Positions 10,214 through 19,501 of a stretch of DNA of 64,000 nucleotides are shown here, one piece after another (the first letter of the stretch is position 1; each line of letters opens with the position of its first letter). This DNA is from Bdellovibrionales bacterium (GTDB taxonomy: Bacteria; Bdellovibrionota; Bdellovibrionia; Bdellovibrionales; JAGQZY01), in assembly GCA_965219545.1 (NCBI GenBank), contig CBDCNX010000023.1, positions 1 to 64,000 of the forward strand, given 5' to 3'. The translations under genes and the position numbers were made by a program. The notes under the pieces are model-generated. The model searched no databases, had not been told where the DNA came from, and saw nothing but the letters and a program-made list of their open reading frames with translations.

Positions 10214-10722
10214 ATAAAGCCTCTTTTAATTGAATAAACATGGTCAGGCCATGAGGAGTTTTGGTCAAATGTTTTGACCCAGGTCAAGGACTCAAATAAC
10301 TCTTCTTTGGTCGGTTTAAGTTTTAAAAGATCAGCGTAATCAGGATCCGTGCGATCACAGTAAGCATAGAGTTTAGTGATTAAAAGGTCTTGTCTTCCTA
10401 ACGTGTCAAACCAAAGATTTTGACCCTGGTATATTGGTTGGAGTCTATTCCGCCAACCTTTAGGAAGTTGTTTTTTTATGGAAATGGGATCATTGTTAAA
10501 CCAATTTTTCTCAATTTTTAAATCCTTAAATTTATCCGCAAATTCGTTAGCTGCATTGATGATTTCTTCAGCTATTTTGGGATCAATGCAATCGACATCT
10601 TTTGTCTGTCTTGTCGAGATATTGAGTATAAGCAGTGCGGCCCCACCGATAATGGTCCCTCTGAAAGAGAGTTGCTTAGTTCCAAGAAATTCATCAAATT
10701 TAGGTATGACTTTATCAATCAT
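10201..10722 (-). CDS. minimal Pol-beta-superfamily nucleotidyltransferase-fold protein (AbiEii/DUF-type, putative)
   Basis: RGTIIGGAALLILNISTRQTKDVDCI fits the hG[GS]-x(9-14)-DxD nucleotidyltransferase signature; start at MIDKVIPKF after an AT-rich promoter-like stretch. Confidence 0.45.
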   Translation of the reverse strand: MIDKVIPKFDEFLGTKQLSFRGTIIGGAALLILNISTRQTKDVDCIDPKIAEEIINAANEFADKFKDLKIEKNWFNNDPISIKKQLPKGWRNRLQPIYQGQNLWFDTLGRQDLLITKLYAYCDRTDPDYADLLKLKPTKEELFESLTWVKTFDQNSSWPDHVYSIKRGFIWII

Positions 10723-10896
10723 TTCAACTCCATATCTTTTCAAGATATATATTATCATAATATATAATTGTGTTTCAATCAATAAAAATGATCCAAACAT
10801 AAACTTTCTCAAAGCCAATTTAAAACAGCTTTAACCCGTATCTTTTTAGGATTCCGTTGCGAAAGTATCTAAACACTCCAGTATCAGGGTTAAAAA

Positions 10897-11984
10897 CTAA
10901 CGGTAATCATGAAAATAATCCACCTGTTCGGGGATCCAGGGTTCTGTTGCCCCTTCAACACTGAAAACACGTTCCCCTATCTGGGATGTGACCCCACCCG
11001 GGACAACAGAAGGCGTATAATCCAGGGTGATGATCTTTTTTTCCTGCAAACAGGGAAGAATTCTTTCCAGGGTTTCACCGGCCAGAACACGACGGCGAAC
11101 CAGATCATCCACGGAATTCTGTAACTGATCGGTTGTAAACCCGTAATTAACCATAAGGTCACGGGCCACCTTTAAAACATGGGCTTCTTTCAACCGACCG
11201 TCCTGAAAGAGATCAAGACTTGTTTGAAAGGAATTGTAAATGGGAAGAACTCTTCTGCCAAATTTCAAATAGTATTCGGGATCGGTATCAAGGGCGAGAT
11301 TGATATAAACTTTTTCCACAGGATCATGGTTTAAACATTGATCCTGAAGATCAAAAATCATTTCACTCTGCCTTTTATTGATATTAAAATGTCCCAATAA
11401 ATGCAATAGCTCTTCATCCTTCCAACGATGGGAACAAATATCAGAATAAAGAGAATAAATAGTGGCATCCATTTCACTGTCATCCCCCCAGAGAACCTGT
11501 GTGATTTCCTCTTTAAAACAGGCCCGAAGCTGCATAAGGGCCTGAAGTTTATAACCCACCTGTCTATTGAAATATCTCCACCGGTTGGGATAAATATTTT
11601 TCAGATTATCCTTAAAAAAAATCCCCCGTGGAAGAATTTTGTCAATCTTCATTTTCTCCCGAATCTGTTCTTCCATCTGGGGAGGGGACGCTGTGATAAA
11701 AAAAATAGGAAACTCCGTCCCGCTGACATCCGGGTTTTTCCTCCAATTTTCTTTAAGGGAAAAAACCAAGGTGGAAGTGCCCGGAATATTTTTTTTCTGA
11801 AACGATTTTTCAAAAGAGTCCGCCAGATATCTTTTAAAGTATGCCATCGGGTATCCAAATAGGTTTTATCCAGATCCCAGACGTAAACCTCAGAAGGATT
11901 GTCAGAAATTTCCCCGGAATAGGAGAAAAACACCACATCCTCCAAAAAATCAGCTCTATTTTCCCATTGTCCCATAGCTTCCAT
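10897..11984 (-). CDS. App1-like/DUF2183 HAD-type phosphatase, apparent frameshift near position 11680
   Basis: N-terminal ORF (11649-11984) has VWDLDKTYLDT (DxDxT HAD motif); continues in another frame as the 316 aa ORF 10897-11847. The frame switch lies at an A8 run. Confidence 0.45.
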
Positions 11985-11997
11985 AAGTATAAATCCA

Positions 11998-12840
11998 TTG
12001 TCCCCAAAGTTCCACTATGATAGGACTTTGAATATGAAAAGTCCTGTAGAATACAGGAAATCAGTCAAACAAACTGTCCGGGGGATCAAGAATAAAGAAC
12101 CTATGAAAAATCTGAATTTTTCCCCAAAAAACCACTGTTTTTCAAAAGCCCTGATAAAATGGAAAGGGATCGCTCTCAACGGTTTTTCAGCTTCCGGTAA
12201 AATCACCCTTGATCTCAGCGGGGAAAATATCACTGAACTCCTCTTGGACCTCTTTAGCCCCCTGTCTTTTGTTGAAGTCTGCCTTCTCCACCGGGCTTCA
12301 GGACAACACCCCGATTTCTTTAAATCCATTGACTGGAATCTTTTTTTCCAAAAACAGAATCTTCATTTGAATTCAAGAACCCTTGAATTATTTGAAAAGT
12401 TAAAACTCATGCCCAGGGAGTTCCTGACCTGGGCGGAGGAACATCAGATGTCATCCCGGGACCTTATGCCGATAAACTCCCTTGACGATCTGAATTCCCT
12501 GAATATTCTGGTAAAAAACTTCCCGAAATTAAAACTTAACAGAAACGAGGGAAAGAAAATACTGGATTTTCTTGTGGACTTGATCCTTATGGGTCAAAAA
12601 ACAGAAGAACTCACACCTTCTTCGGGAAACTGGTTCCAACAACTCACAAATAAGCGTTATCCAAACACCCTGAACAATGACAAACTTCGTGAAAACAAAA
12701 AATCCTGGCCCGCCTACGTTCAAACAAAAAGCTCAAGACAGGGCGACAGGATGATTCACAAACTCCACATCACCTACAGCAATGAAAAAGATCTCAACTC
12801 CAAATTAAAACGTCTCAGTCAAATGAATAACGATGCTTGA
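11998..12840 (+). CDS. hypothetical protein (overlaps the radical SAM gene by 8 nt)
   Basis: 280 aa ORF with no recognisable motif. Likely co-transcribed with 12833-13948. Confidence 0.35.
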   Translation: MSPKFHYDRTLNMKSPVEYRKSVKQTVRGIKNKEPMKNLNFSPKNHCFSKALIKWKGIALNGFSASGKITLDLSGENITELLLDLFSPLSFVEVCLLHRASGQHPDFFKSIDWNLFFQKQNLHLNSRTLELFEKLKLMPREFLTWAEEHQMSSRDLMPINSLDDLNSLNILVKNFPKLKLNRNEGKKILDFLVDLILMGQKTEELTPSSGNWFQQLTNKRYPNTLNNDKLRENKKSWPAYVQTKSSRQGDRMIHKLHITYSNEKDLNSKLKRLSQMNNDA

Positions 12841-13948
12841 ATTTTTGAAAGAAAAGTTTGACAGAATCCTTATTGATGAAAAGGTGAAAAACTCCACCAC
12901 AGCCCTTCGTTTTTTAAAAATTTTTCCAGATAAAATTCAAATCATTAAAAACGAACCGGAAGATATGAAAAAAGGTCTTCTGACAGCCGGTGAGTTTTCA
13001 CAGAGTAAGAAACAAATCTTTGTCACCCGTTTTAAAGGACGTTTTTTTAAAAAATGCCCCGGATTCCACAAGGGAATGGCCTGCTGTAATTATTTTGTCC
13101 TCAACCTTGGCTTTCAATGTGATATGGATTGCAGCTATTGTTACCTCCAATCCTTTATCAATTCCAATTACCTCACTGTCTACAGCAATATCGAGGAAGC
13201 CCTCCGGGAGCTTGAAAGCATGAATCACCTGAAAGACCAGCCCCTTCGAATCGGTACAGGGGAAGTGATGGACAGTTTGAGTCTGGACCCAATCACCCTT
13301 CACTCAAGACAACTCATTGGGTTTTTCAGAAATTATCCTTCCTGGAAACTTGAATTCAAAACAAAATCCCCCTTTGTGGATCAATTTCTTGACTGCCAAC
13401 ACCGGGGAAACATTATATGCAGTTGGTCCGTCAATCCGGCTCCTGTTATAGACAGTGAGGAAAGCGGAACAGCTTCCCTTGATGAACGTCTGAAAGCCGC
13501 CCAAAAATGTCTTGCCAGAGGTTTCCAGGTGGCCTTTCATATCGATCCCATGATCTGGCATCCTGAATGGAAAAAAAATTACGGGGATCTTATCAGGGAA
13601 ATCTCAAAACGATTTTCTCCCGGGCAAATTCCCTATTTATCCGTGGGAGCCCTTCGTTACCAAACCGATCAAAAAAATATCATGCGGGAACGCTTTAAAA
13701 TGAACAATCTTGTCAACAGAGCCGAAACTTTTTTAAGCCGGGACGGAAAGCTCCGCTATGACTTCAGACTTCGTCAGGAAATGCTTGACTTTGTAATCAG
13801 GACTTTTAAAAATGAAAACAAACACTGGAAAATTTTTATATGTATGGAAACCCCTGAAACCTGGATTCAGACTTTTGGACACAGCCCCCACAGGGAAAAA
13901 CCTCTCAAAGATCTTTTCCAACCCATTGGCTCCGTCAACTCCGTTTAA
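12833..13948 (+). CDS. radical SAM protein, spore photoproduct lyase (SplB)-like DNA repair family
   Basis: CDMDCSYCYLQSF gives a CX3CX2C radical-SAM cluster motif in a context resembling SPL (C..C.YCYLQ); 371 aa. Confidence 0.55.
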   Translation: MLEFLKEKFDRILIDEKVKNSTTALRFLKIFPDKIQIIKNEPEDMKKGLLTAGEFSQSKKQIFVTRFKGRFFKKCPGFHKGMACCNYFVLNLGFQCDMDCSYCYLQSFINSNYLTVYSNIEEALRELESMNHLKDQPLRIGTGEVMDSLSLDPITLHSRQLIGFFRNYPSWKLEFKTKSPFVDQFLDCQHRGNIICSWSVNPAPVIDSEESGTASLDERLKAAQKCLARGFQVAFHIDPMIWHPEWKKNYGDLIREISKRFSPGQIPYLSVGALRYQTDQKNIMRERFKMNNLVNRAETFLSRDGKLRYDFRLRQEMLDFVIRTFKNENKHWKIFICMETPETWIQTFGHSPHREKPLKDLFQPIGSVNSV

Positions 13949-14016
13949 TGTTCATGCTTATGGGTGTAAAGCAAGGATAAAAGATATTTTTTAAACAAAT
14001 AAAAAAGGAGATTTTT

Positions 14017-14868
14017 ATGTCACAACAAATTCTGACTGTTTTTTGTATTATTGTAATGTTAAAAGCAACAGCCAATCCCCCTCCCCCTTATACAGGAAGG
14101 GAATGCAAGGATTTTATTCTTCGTGTTTTTAAACACTACGGACTTCCCACTATACCCGCAAACAGATCCTTTCCTCACTCTCCCAATGGAAAACTTGATT
14201 TGACAAAATTCAATCAGGGAAAACCAGAATTTACCATTGAAACAACCCCTATAAGTATAGATAAAGGGGTGGGAGTTCCTGGTACTGGACATCTTCCTCA
14301 CGCTCTAAGAATGAGTGACCCAAAACTTAATCCGTATCCCTTTAAAAAAAGGGTCCGTTTCAAAGGTCAGATTCTGAAAAACGGAAATTATGAGCTTTTA
14401 ATAACTGAAATGAGTCACCAGAGTGTGTCAGCATCGTCTATATCCAATCGCCTAGAAGAATCTCAACCCATTACCCACAAATTTCGTTTTTCAAATCAAT
14501 GCTCTTTTCAAAAATATCAGGTTCACCAGCCCCGTTCTCCAATGGAATTTGAAGATGACTATGGCGATGGTTACAAAAGAGGGTTCAATCTCTCCTCTGA
14601 CAAAAAATGTGTTTTTGATGAAATTAAAAATGAGAGCAAGAGGAGATCTTACATTCGGGTGATGAGTCAAAATGGACTCCGTTATGATGGAGAAAAAAAT
14701 TTGGAACGAAAAAATGAAAGAGCGGAGATAATGATGAAAGAGGAAAAAAATGTAGCCACTTTTACTTTGCACCCATACTATTACTGGAATGTTTGTGGAT
14801 TGGCTAAATCCACAATGAAAACCTCTCATGATTCTAACCATGATGAAGTTGAAACTGTAGACCAATAA
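14017..14868 (+). CDS. hypothetical secreted protein
   Basis: Signal peptide LTVFCIIVMLKATA; preceded by an AAGGAG ribosome-binding site; no recognisable domain. Confidence 0.35.
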   Translation: MSQQILTVFCIIVMLKATANPPPPYTGRECKDFILRVFKHYGLPTIPANRSFPHSPNGKLDLTKFNQGKPEFTIETTPISIDKGVGVPGTGHLPHALRMSDPKLNPYPFKKRVRFKGQILKNGNYELLITEMSHQSVSASSISNRLEESQPITHKFRFSNQCSFQKYQVHQPRSPMEFEDDYGDGYKRGFNLSSDKKCVFDEIKNESKRRSYIRVMSQNGLRYDGEKNLERKNERAEIMMKEEKNVATFTLHPYYYWNVCGLAKSTMKTSHDSNHDEVETVDQ

Positions 14869-15008
14869 CAAAAAGTAAATCTTCTTTTATACAGACTTTA
14901 TTGATTCTTTCGGAGATAACAAATGATTATAAAATGATTATAATGCGTTGCTTTAAGCCTTTCCCCTGTTTTGCAAGGCATTATTAACGATGGGTCTGGA
15001 CAAGATCC

Positions 15009-15593
15009 CTATCTTTCCTTGAGCCTGAGAGCCGCCCAATTCAACTGAAAATCATTATTTAACAAATCAATGTCCGTTGAAGGTAAACTCAATAATTCAT
15101 CACATCCAAAAACCATGGGATACTGACTGTCAGATTGCGGTACAATCACCTGGATTTCATCTTCACAGGAATCTCCCACAGATCGAAGAGTTTCGGGAAG
15201 ACAGTCAAGGACCACAAGAAAAACATCATCATTGAGAAGATAACCCTGACAAAAATCTGTCAAAACAATATTCTCCACAGGCCCTTGGTCTGTTAAAATT
15301 TCCTTTGTAATGAGATATCCCAAAGAGGGAGAGCAATTCTCACAATTTGTCGTCCCGTTAAAAAGATCTGAAATCTGATCTGAGCTACCAGAACCACCGT
15401 CAGCCCCCTGGGGTATCATTAGAACATACAATTCTTCGTCTTCCCCATTTTCACTCTGACCCCTGCCATCATAACCTCCACTCAAGACACCATCATACAA
15501 CTCACTGGAGGATTTATCTTCAGAACTGCAGGAAACCAGAAAAAACACCAAAACCGGCAAAAAACAAAAAAATCTCATAAAGACACAATACAA
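15009..15593 (-). CDS. hypothetical lipoprotein (acidic)
   Basis: Signal peptide with lipobox LVSCSS; D/E/G-rich mature region. Confidence 0.35.
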   Translation of the reverse strand: MYCVFMRFFCFLPVLVFFLVSCSSEDKSSSELYDGVLSGGYDGRGQSENGEDEELYVLMIPQGADGGSGSSDQISDLFNGTTNCENCSPSLGYLITKEILTDQGPVENIVLTDFCQGYLLNDDVFLVVLDCLPETLRSVGDSCEDEIQVIVPQSDSQYPMVFGCDELLSLPSTDIDLLNNDFQLNWAALRLKER

Positions 15594-15770
15594 ATATCAG
15601 GCTCTTTTTTCAAGAGACATTGTAAAAAATACAGATTTATCGAATATTTAAACAAAATGATAGGATGCGTAACCGCCTGAGTCCCCAGTCTTTTTTTGAG
15701 ACAAACATTGACCAATCAACCAATAAGTATTATTTATAATAATGAAACCTGATGGAAGAGGAACTTATCT

Positions 15771-16049
15771 ATGAAACAGAGCATGGAATCCTATGATGTC
15801 CAGATTGCCGGAATTCCCTTCCACTTAAAATCCAGTCACGATAAAAAGACTGTGGATGAAATTTTAAAAATAGTTGAAGAACAAATGGATAAAGAAAATG
15901 GAAAAAAATCAACCCGCAATTCAGCCCTTGTTGCCTGTTTACGCCTGGCTGAAGAGTTGTTTTTTTTAAAAAAGAAAACCAGAGAGAAACTCGACGGCCT
16001 TGAGGCCCGTGTTCTTGATCATATATCCCAAATCCAACAGGTTTCCTAG
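15771..16049 (+). CDS. zapA: cell division protein ZapA-like
   Basis: 92 aa with the V.I.G..Y......E....L...A..VDE pattern of ZapA; conserved zapA-(ssrS)-5FCL synteny. Confidence 0.55.
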   Translation: MKQSMESYDVQIAGIPFHLKSSHDKKTVDEILKIVEEQMDKENGKKSTRNSALVACLRLAEELFFLKKKTREKLDGLEARVLDHISQIQQVS

Positions 16050-16186
16050 CAGTTTATGCTGACTACATTTTATTTTTCACGGAGTGGATATCCCCTGTTT
16101 TCAGGTGAGATCAACCCTGTATAAAAAAGGTTTTTTACAGAAACCCGTGAAAAACAAAATATTCCCGGTTGTTTACTGCTTAAAAA

Positions 16187-16753
16187 TTGAAAAAGAAAAT
16201 TTGGTTTCACCCTCTACAGGTGGGGATTATTGTGGACAAAAGTCATTGGCGTACAGAATTTAAAAACAAAATAAAGACCTTGGGGAAGGATTCCCGCCAA
16301 TTACAATCCCTGAGTCTTGAAAAAAAAATATCCTCCTGGCTGACCCGCCAAAAGGGACTCTGGACCCTTTTCTTTCCAATGAGTGATGAACCGGATCTAC
16401 TCAACCTGGTCAGACAATGCAACCATCTCCGCTGGGCTTTCCCAAAAGTGGAGTCCGAAAAGATAATGAATTTTTACCATATCCCCTCACTGGACACCTC
16501 CCTTGAACAGGGGCAACCGGTTTCCCGGGAGGAAATCAACGGCTGTGTGATTCCAGGGGTTGCCTATGATGAAAAGGGAACAAGGCTTGGAAGAGGTGGG
16601 GGATATTATGATCGCTTTTTAAAAAATTTTAAAGGTTTCAAACTGGGTGTAACCTTTGACGAGGGATTAACCAACAAGACTCTGCCCAGAGAGTCTCACG
16701 ATCAGACCATGAATATCGTTTCCAGCCCAAAACAATGGATTGAGTTATGCTGA
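16187..16753 (+). CDS. 5-formyltetrahydrofolate cyclo-ligase
   Basis: GVAYDEKGTRLGRGGGYYDRFL is the 5-FCL signature. The true start may be a downstream GTG (about 16220-16235) if a 6S RNA occupies the gap. Confidence 0.75.
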   Translation: MKKKIWFHPLQVGIIVDKSHWRTEFKNKIKTLGKDSRQLQSLSLEKKISSWLTRQKGLWTLFFPMSDEPDLLNLVRQCNHLRWAFPKVESEKIMNFYHIPSLDTSLEQGQPVSREEINGCVIPGVAYDEKGTRLGRGGGYYDRFLKNFKGFKLGVTFDEGLTNKTLPRESHDQTMNIVSSPKQWIELC

Positions 16754-16809
16754 TCGTGCCTGAAATGGTGTGAAAAACAGACAGTTTTTAAAAACAAACG
16801 AGGTTCAAA

Positions 16810-18378
16810 ATGACTTTTAGTTTATTGAGTTTGACAATTGGTCTGCTCTCAGGGAGTGGATTGTTTTTTATCTATAAAAAAATAATGGAATCCTCCAGAA
16901 AAAAGAAAGCCAAAACGGAAGCCGACAGGATCATCAGTCGGTCCAAAAGCGAATCCCAAAAAATAATGAAATCCGCTGAACGCAAAGGACACGATCTGGA
17001 ATTCAAAATCAGAAAAAATGCGGAAAATGAAATCAAAAAGCAAAGGGAGGATCTGAAGCGACAGGAGGAAAAATTTAAAAATCATCAGAAACAATCGGAA
17101 AGGGATATTCTCAGAAAAGAGGAAAGGCTTCAACAATCACAAAGTGAAGTCAAAAAACGTGAAGAAACCCTTAAAGCCCATGAAAGCCGCATGGAGGATT
17201 CAGAAAAAGAGATTAAAAGGAAAATTCTGGATTTAACTGACAAACTAAAAAATATCTCCCGTCTTTCCCCTGACGAAGCCAAAGAGGAAATCAAAAAAAC
17301 CATGGAAGAGGATGCCAAAAATGAAGTGGCCAGACAGATTATCAGTATTGAGGAGGATGCCAAACAAAGGGCTGAACAGAAAGCCAAACGCATTATTGGT
17401 ATGGCCATTGCCCGTTACGCCGGTGAGTTCACTGCGGAAAAAACAGTAACCATCATCCCCTTACCCAATGAGGAACTCAAAGGGAAAATCATTGGACGGG
17501 AAGGTCGAAATATCAGAGCCCTTGAATCCCTCTGTGGAGTGGATCTGATTATTGATGAAATCCCGGAGTCTGTGGTGGTTTCAGGGTTTGATCCGGTGAG
17601 AAAAGAGGTGGCCAAACGCTCCCTTGAAACCCTCATGGAGGATGGTCGAATTCATCCGGGACGTATCGAGGAAGTGGTGGATAAAATTAAAAAAAATCTC
17701 TTTAAACACATCCGATCCGAAGGGGAAAGAGCCTGTCTGGAACTGGGTTTACAGGGAGTTCACAGTGAAATCCACAAAACCCTTGGAAGCCTGAAATTCA
17801 GAACCTCTTACACCCAGAATAACTTTTCCCACTCCCTTGAAGTGGGAATGCTGGCAGGACTCATGGCTGCGGAGTTGGGAGTGAATGTGAAAATAGCAAG
17901 ACGTGCGGGTCTGTTTCACGATCTGGGAAAAGCCATGGACCATAGCATTGAAGGCTCCCATGCTGTTATCGGAGCCGATTTTGCCAAACGTTATGGAGAA
18001 AATGAGGAAATCTGCCATGCCATCCGGGCCCACCACGAAGACGAAAAACCAAGAACCCTTCTCTCCTATCTGGTCATGGCCTCTGATGCCATCAGCAGTG
18101 CCCGTCCGGGGGCCCGTAAGTCCATGGCTGAAAATTATATTCAACGTCTCAAAGATCTTGAATCCGTGGCCAACAGCTTTGACGGTGTGGAAAGAACCTT
18201 TGCCATCCAGGCCGGTCGTGAAATTCGTGTGATTGTGGACAGCTCACGGGTGACTGACGAGCAATCTGTCATGCTCAGTCGGGACATTGCCCGCAAAATA
18301 GAAAAAGAACTGAAATTTCCGGGACAAATCAAAATCTCAGTGGTCAGGGAAACCCGTGCTGTTGAACACGCCCGCTAA
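16810..18378 (+). CDS. rny: ribonuclease Y
   Basis: 522 aa with an N-terminal TM, a K/E-rich coiled coil, a KH domain (GKIIGREGRNIRALE) and an HD domain (GLFHDLGKA...HH). Confidence 0.9.
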   Translation: MTFSLLSLTIGLLSGSGLFFIYKKIMESSRKKKAKTEADRIISRSKSESQKIMKSAERKGHDLEFKIRKNAENEIKKQREDLKRQEEKFKNHQKQSERDILRKEERLQQSQSEVKKREETLKAHESRMEDSEKEIKRKILDLTDKLKNISRLSPDEAKEEIKKTMEEDAKNEVARQIISIEEDAKQRAEQKAKRIIGMAIARYAGEFTAEKTVTIIPLPNEELKGKIIGREGRNIRALESLCGVDLIIDEIPESVVVSGFDPVRKEVAKRSLETLMEDGRIHPGRIEEVVDKIKKNLFKHIRSEGERACLELGLQGVHSEIHKTLGSLKFRTSYTQNNFSHSLEVGMLAGLMAAELGVNVKIARRAGLFHDLGKAMDHSIEGSHAVIGADFAKRYGENEEICHAIRAHHEDEKPRTLLSYLVMASDAISSARPGARKSMAENYIQRLKDLESVANSFDGVERTFAIQAGREIRVIVDSSRVTDEQSVMLSRDIARKIEKELKFPGQIKISVVRETRAVEHAR

Positions 18379-18389
18379 GTGGAGTTGTC

Positions 18390-19016
18390 ATGAAAGTAAA
18401 GTTTTTACCCTCAGGAGAGGAACATGAAATTGAATCCAATGAAACCATCCTGCATTTAGCTCAAAGATGTGGCCTCTATATCCAATCCGTGTGTAAGGGA
18501 ATCCCCTCCTGTGCTGAATGCCGTGTGCAATTGGTGGAAGGGGAGCATCATGTCCTACCCCCCTCAAAAAAAGAATTAAGCCTTATTGGAACAGCCCACT
18601 ATGTGGATCTCTCAAGACTTTCCTGTCAACTCCGCTGTTTTGGGGATGTGATTGTTGATCTTTCCGAACAGGTTGAAAAAGAAAAAAAAGTTCAGGAAAG
18701 ACTGAATGATCCAACAATCCGCAGCGACGGTCAGAAGTCCAAAGCGATCCTAGGCGGTCTTTTTGACAACGTCACTCCGAATGACATTAAAACCCCGGAA
18801 AAAAAATCCGTCAAAAAAGAGAAAGCCAAAACCTCTCCCCTTTCAAAAAAATCCAAACTGGACAAAAAAGACACCTTTTATGGAAATTTCTACACAAGTG
18901 AAAACAAAAACACGAAGAAAAACAAAACAGAAAAAAACAATCACCCGAACCGGAAAAAAAGAAATAAAACCGGGAATAAAAAGAAAACATTCAAGAAAAA
19001 CAGGCAACCAAATTAA
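18390..19016 (+). CDS. 2Fe-2S ferredoxin with long lysine-rich C-terminal tail
   Basis: CKGIPSCAEC...C cysteine pattern (CX5CX2C...C) at the N-terminus; residues about 110-208 are more than one-third Lys (KKEKAKTSPLSKKSKLDKKD...KKNKTEKNN...KKKTFKKNRQPN). Confidence 0.55.
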   Translation: MKVKFLPSGEEHEIESNETILHLAQRCGLYIQSVCKGIPSCAECRVQLVEGEHHVLPPSKKELSLIGTAHYVDLSRLSCQLRCFGDVIVDLSEQVEKEKKVQERLNDPTIRSDGQKSKAILGGLFDNVTPNDIKTPEKKSVKKEKAKTSPLSKKSKLDKKDTFYGNFYTSENKNTKKNKTEKNNHPNRKKRNKTGNKKKTFKKNRQPN

Positions 19017-19039
19017 AGTGGTCCTGAAATGGTGTTCTA

Positions 19040-19501
19040 TTGATGAAATCACCTGTTCTATCCATTAAATTCAAAAATAAAATCATTCTTTTCTTTTGTA
19101 CATTCTATGTAATAACCCACCTTGCAGTGGCTTTCCTTTCAATCCGTTCCTGGCCCTTTACGGATTATCCAATGTTTGCCTACCCGGACTATAAAGAGGC
19201 CAAAATTATAATTTATGAATATTTTGTTCTTTTCACCGATGGGAGAGAAGTTCCTCTGAGAAGAGCCTTTACCCGTGGATTTGGATCCAATGATTGGAAT
19301 ATCAGTGCATTGGTAAAAAACAGAGATTTAATATCTCTAAAAAAAGTGTTCTCATACTGGTTGAAACATAAGGAAAACGGAGATCGAATCAAAGAAATTA
19401 TAATAAAAAAAGTGACTGTAACCAGACCTCTGAGCAGGAAAGACGAATTAAAAATGGATACCAAAACAGTGTTTAAAATCCCAAAAGAAGACTTGATATG
19501 A
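19040..19501 (+). CDS. hypothetical membrane protein, upstream partner of the HTTM gene
   Basis: 153 aa, one N-terminal TM; ATGA start/stop overlap with the next gene. Confidence 0.3.
   Translation: MMKSPVLSIKFKNKIILFFCTFYVITHLAVAFLSIRSWPFTDYPMFAYPDYKEAKIIIYEYFVLFTDGREVPLRRAFTRGFGSNDWNISALVKNRDLISLKKVFSYWLKHKENGDRIKEIIIKKVTVTRPLSRKDELKMDTKTVFKIPKEDLI

Noticed and set aside
16849-18332. Several antisense or overlapping ORFs inside rny (16849-17136, 17130-17408, 17415-17636, 17749-18144, 18141-18332 on the minus strand; 17903-18232 on the plus strand)
   Set aside because: They are embedded in a strongly supported 522-aa RNase Y reading frame, have low-complexity translations and lack start contexts. 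They are typical spurious shadow ORFs.
18763-19068. Alternative-frame ORF overlapping the lysine-rich tail of the ferredoxin gene
   Set aside because: It is produced by the same A-rich low-complexity DNA read in another frame and has no independent start signal. Kept only as a caveat on the tail annotation.
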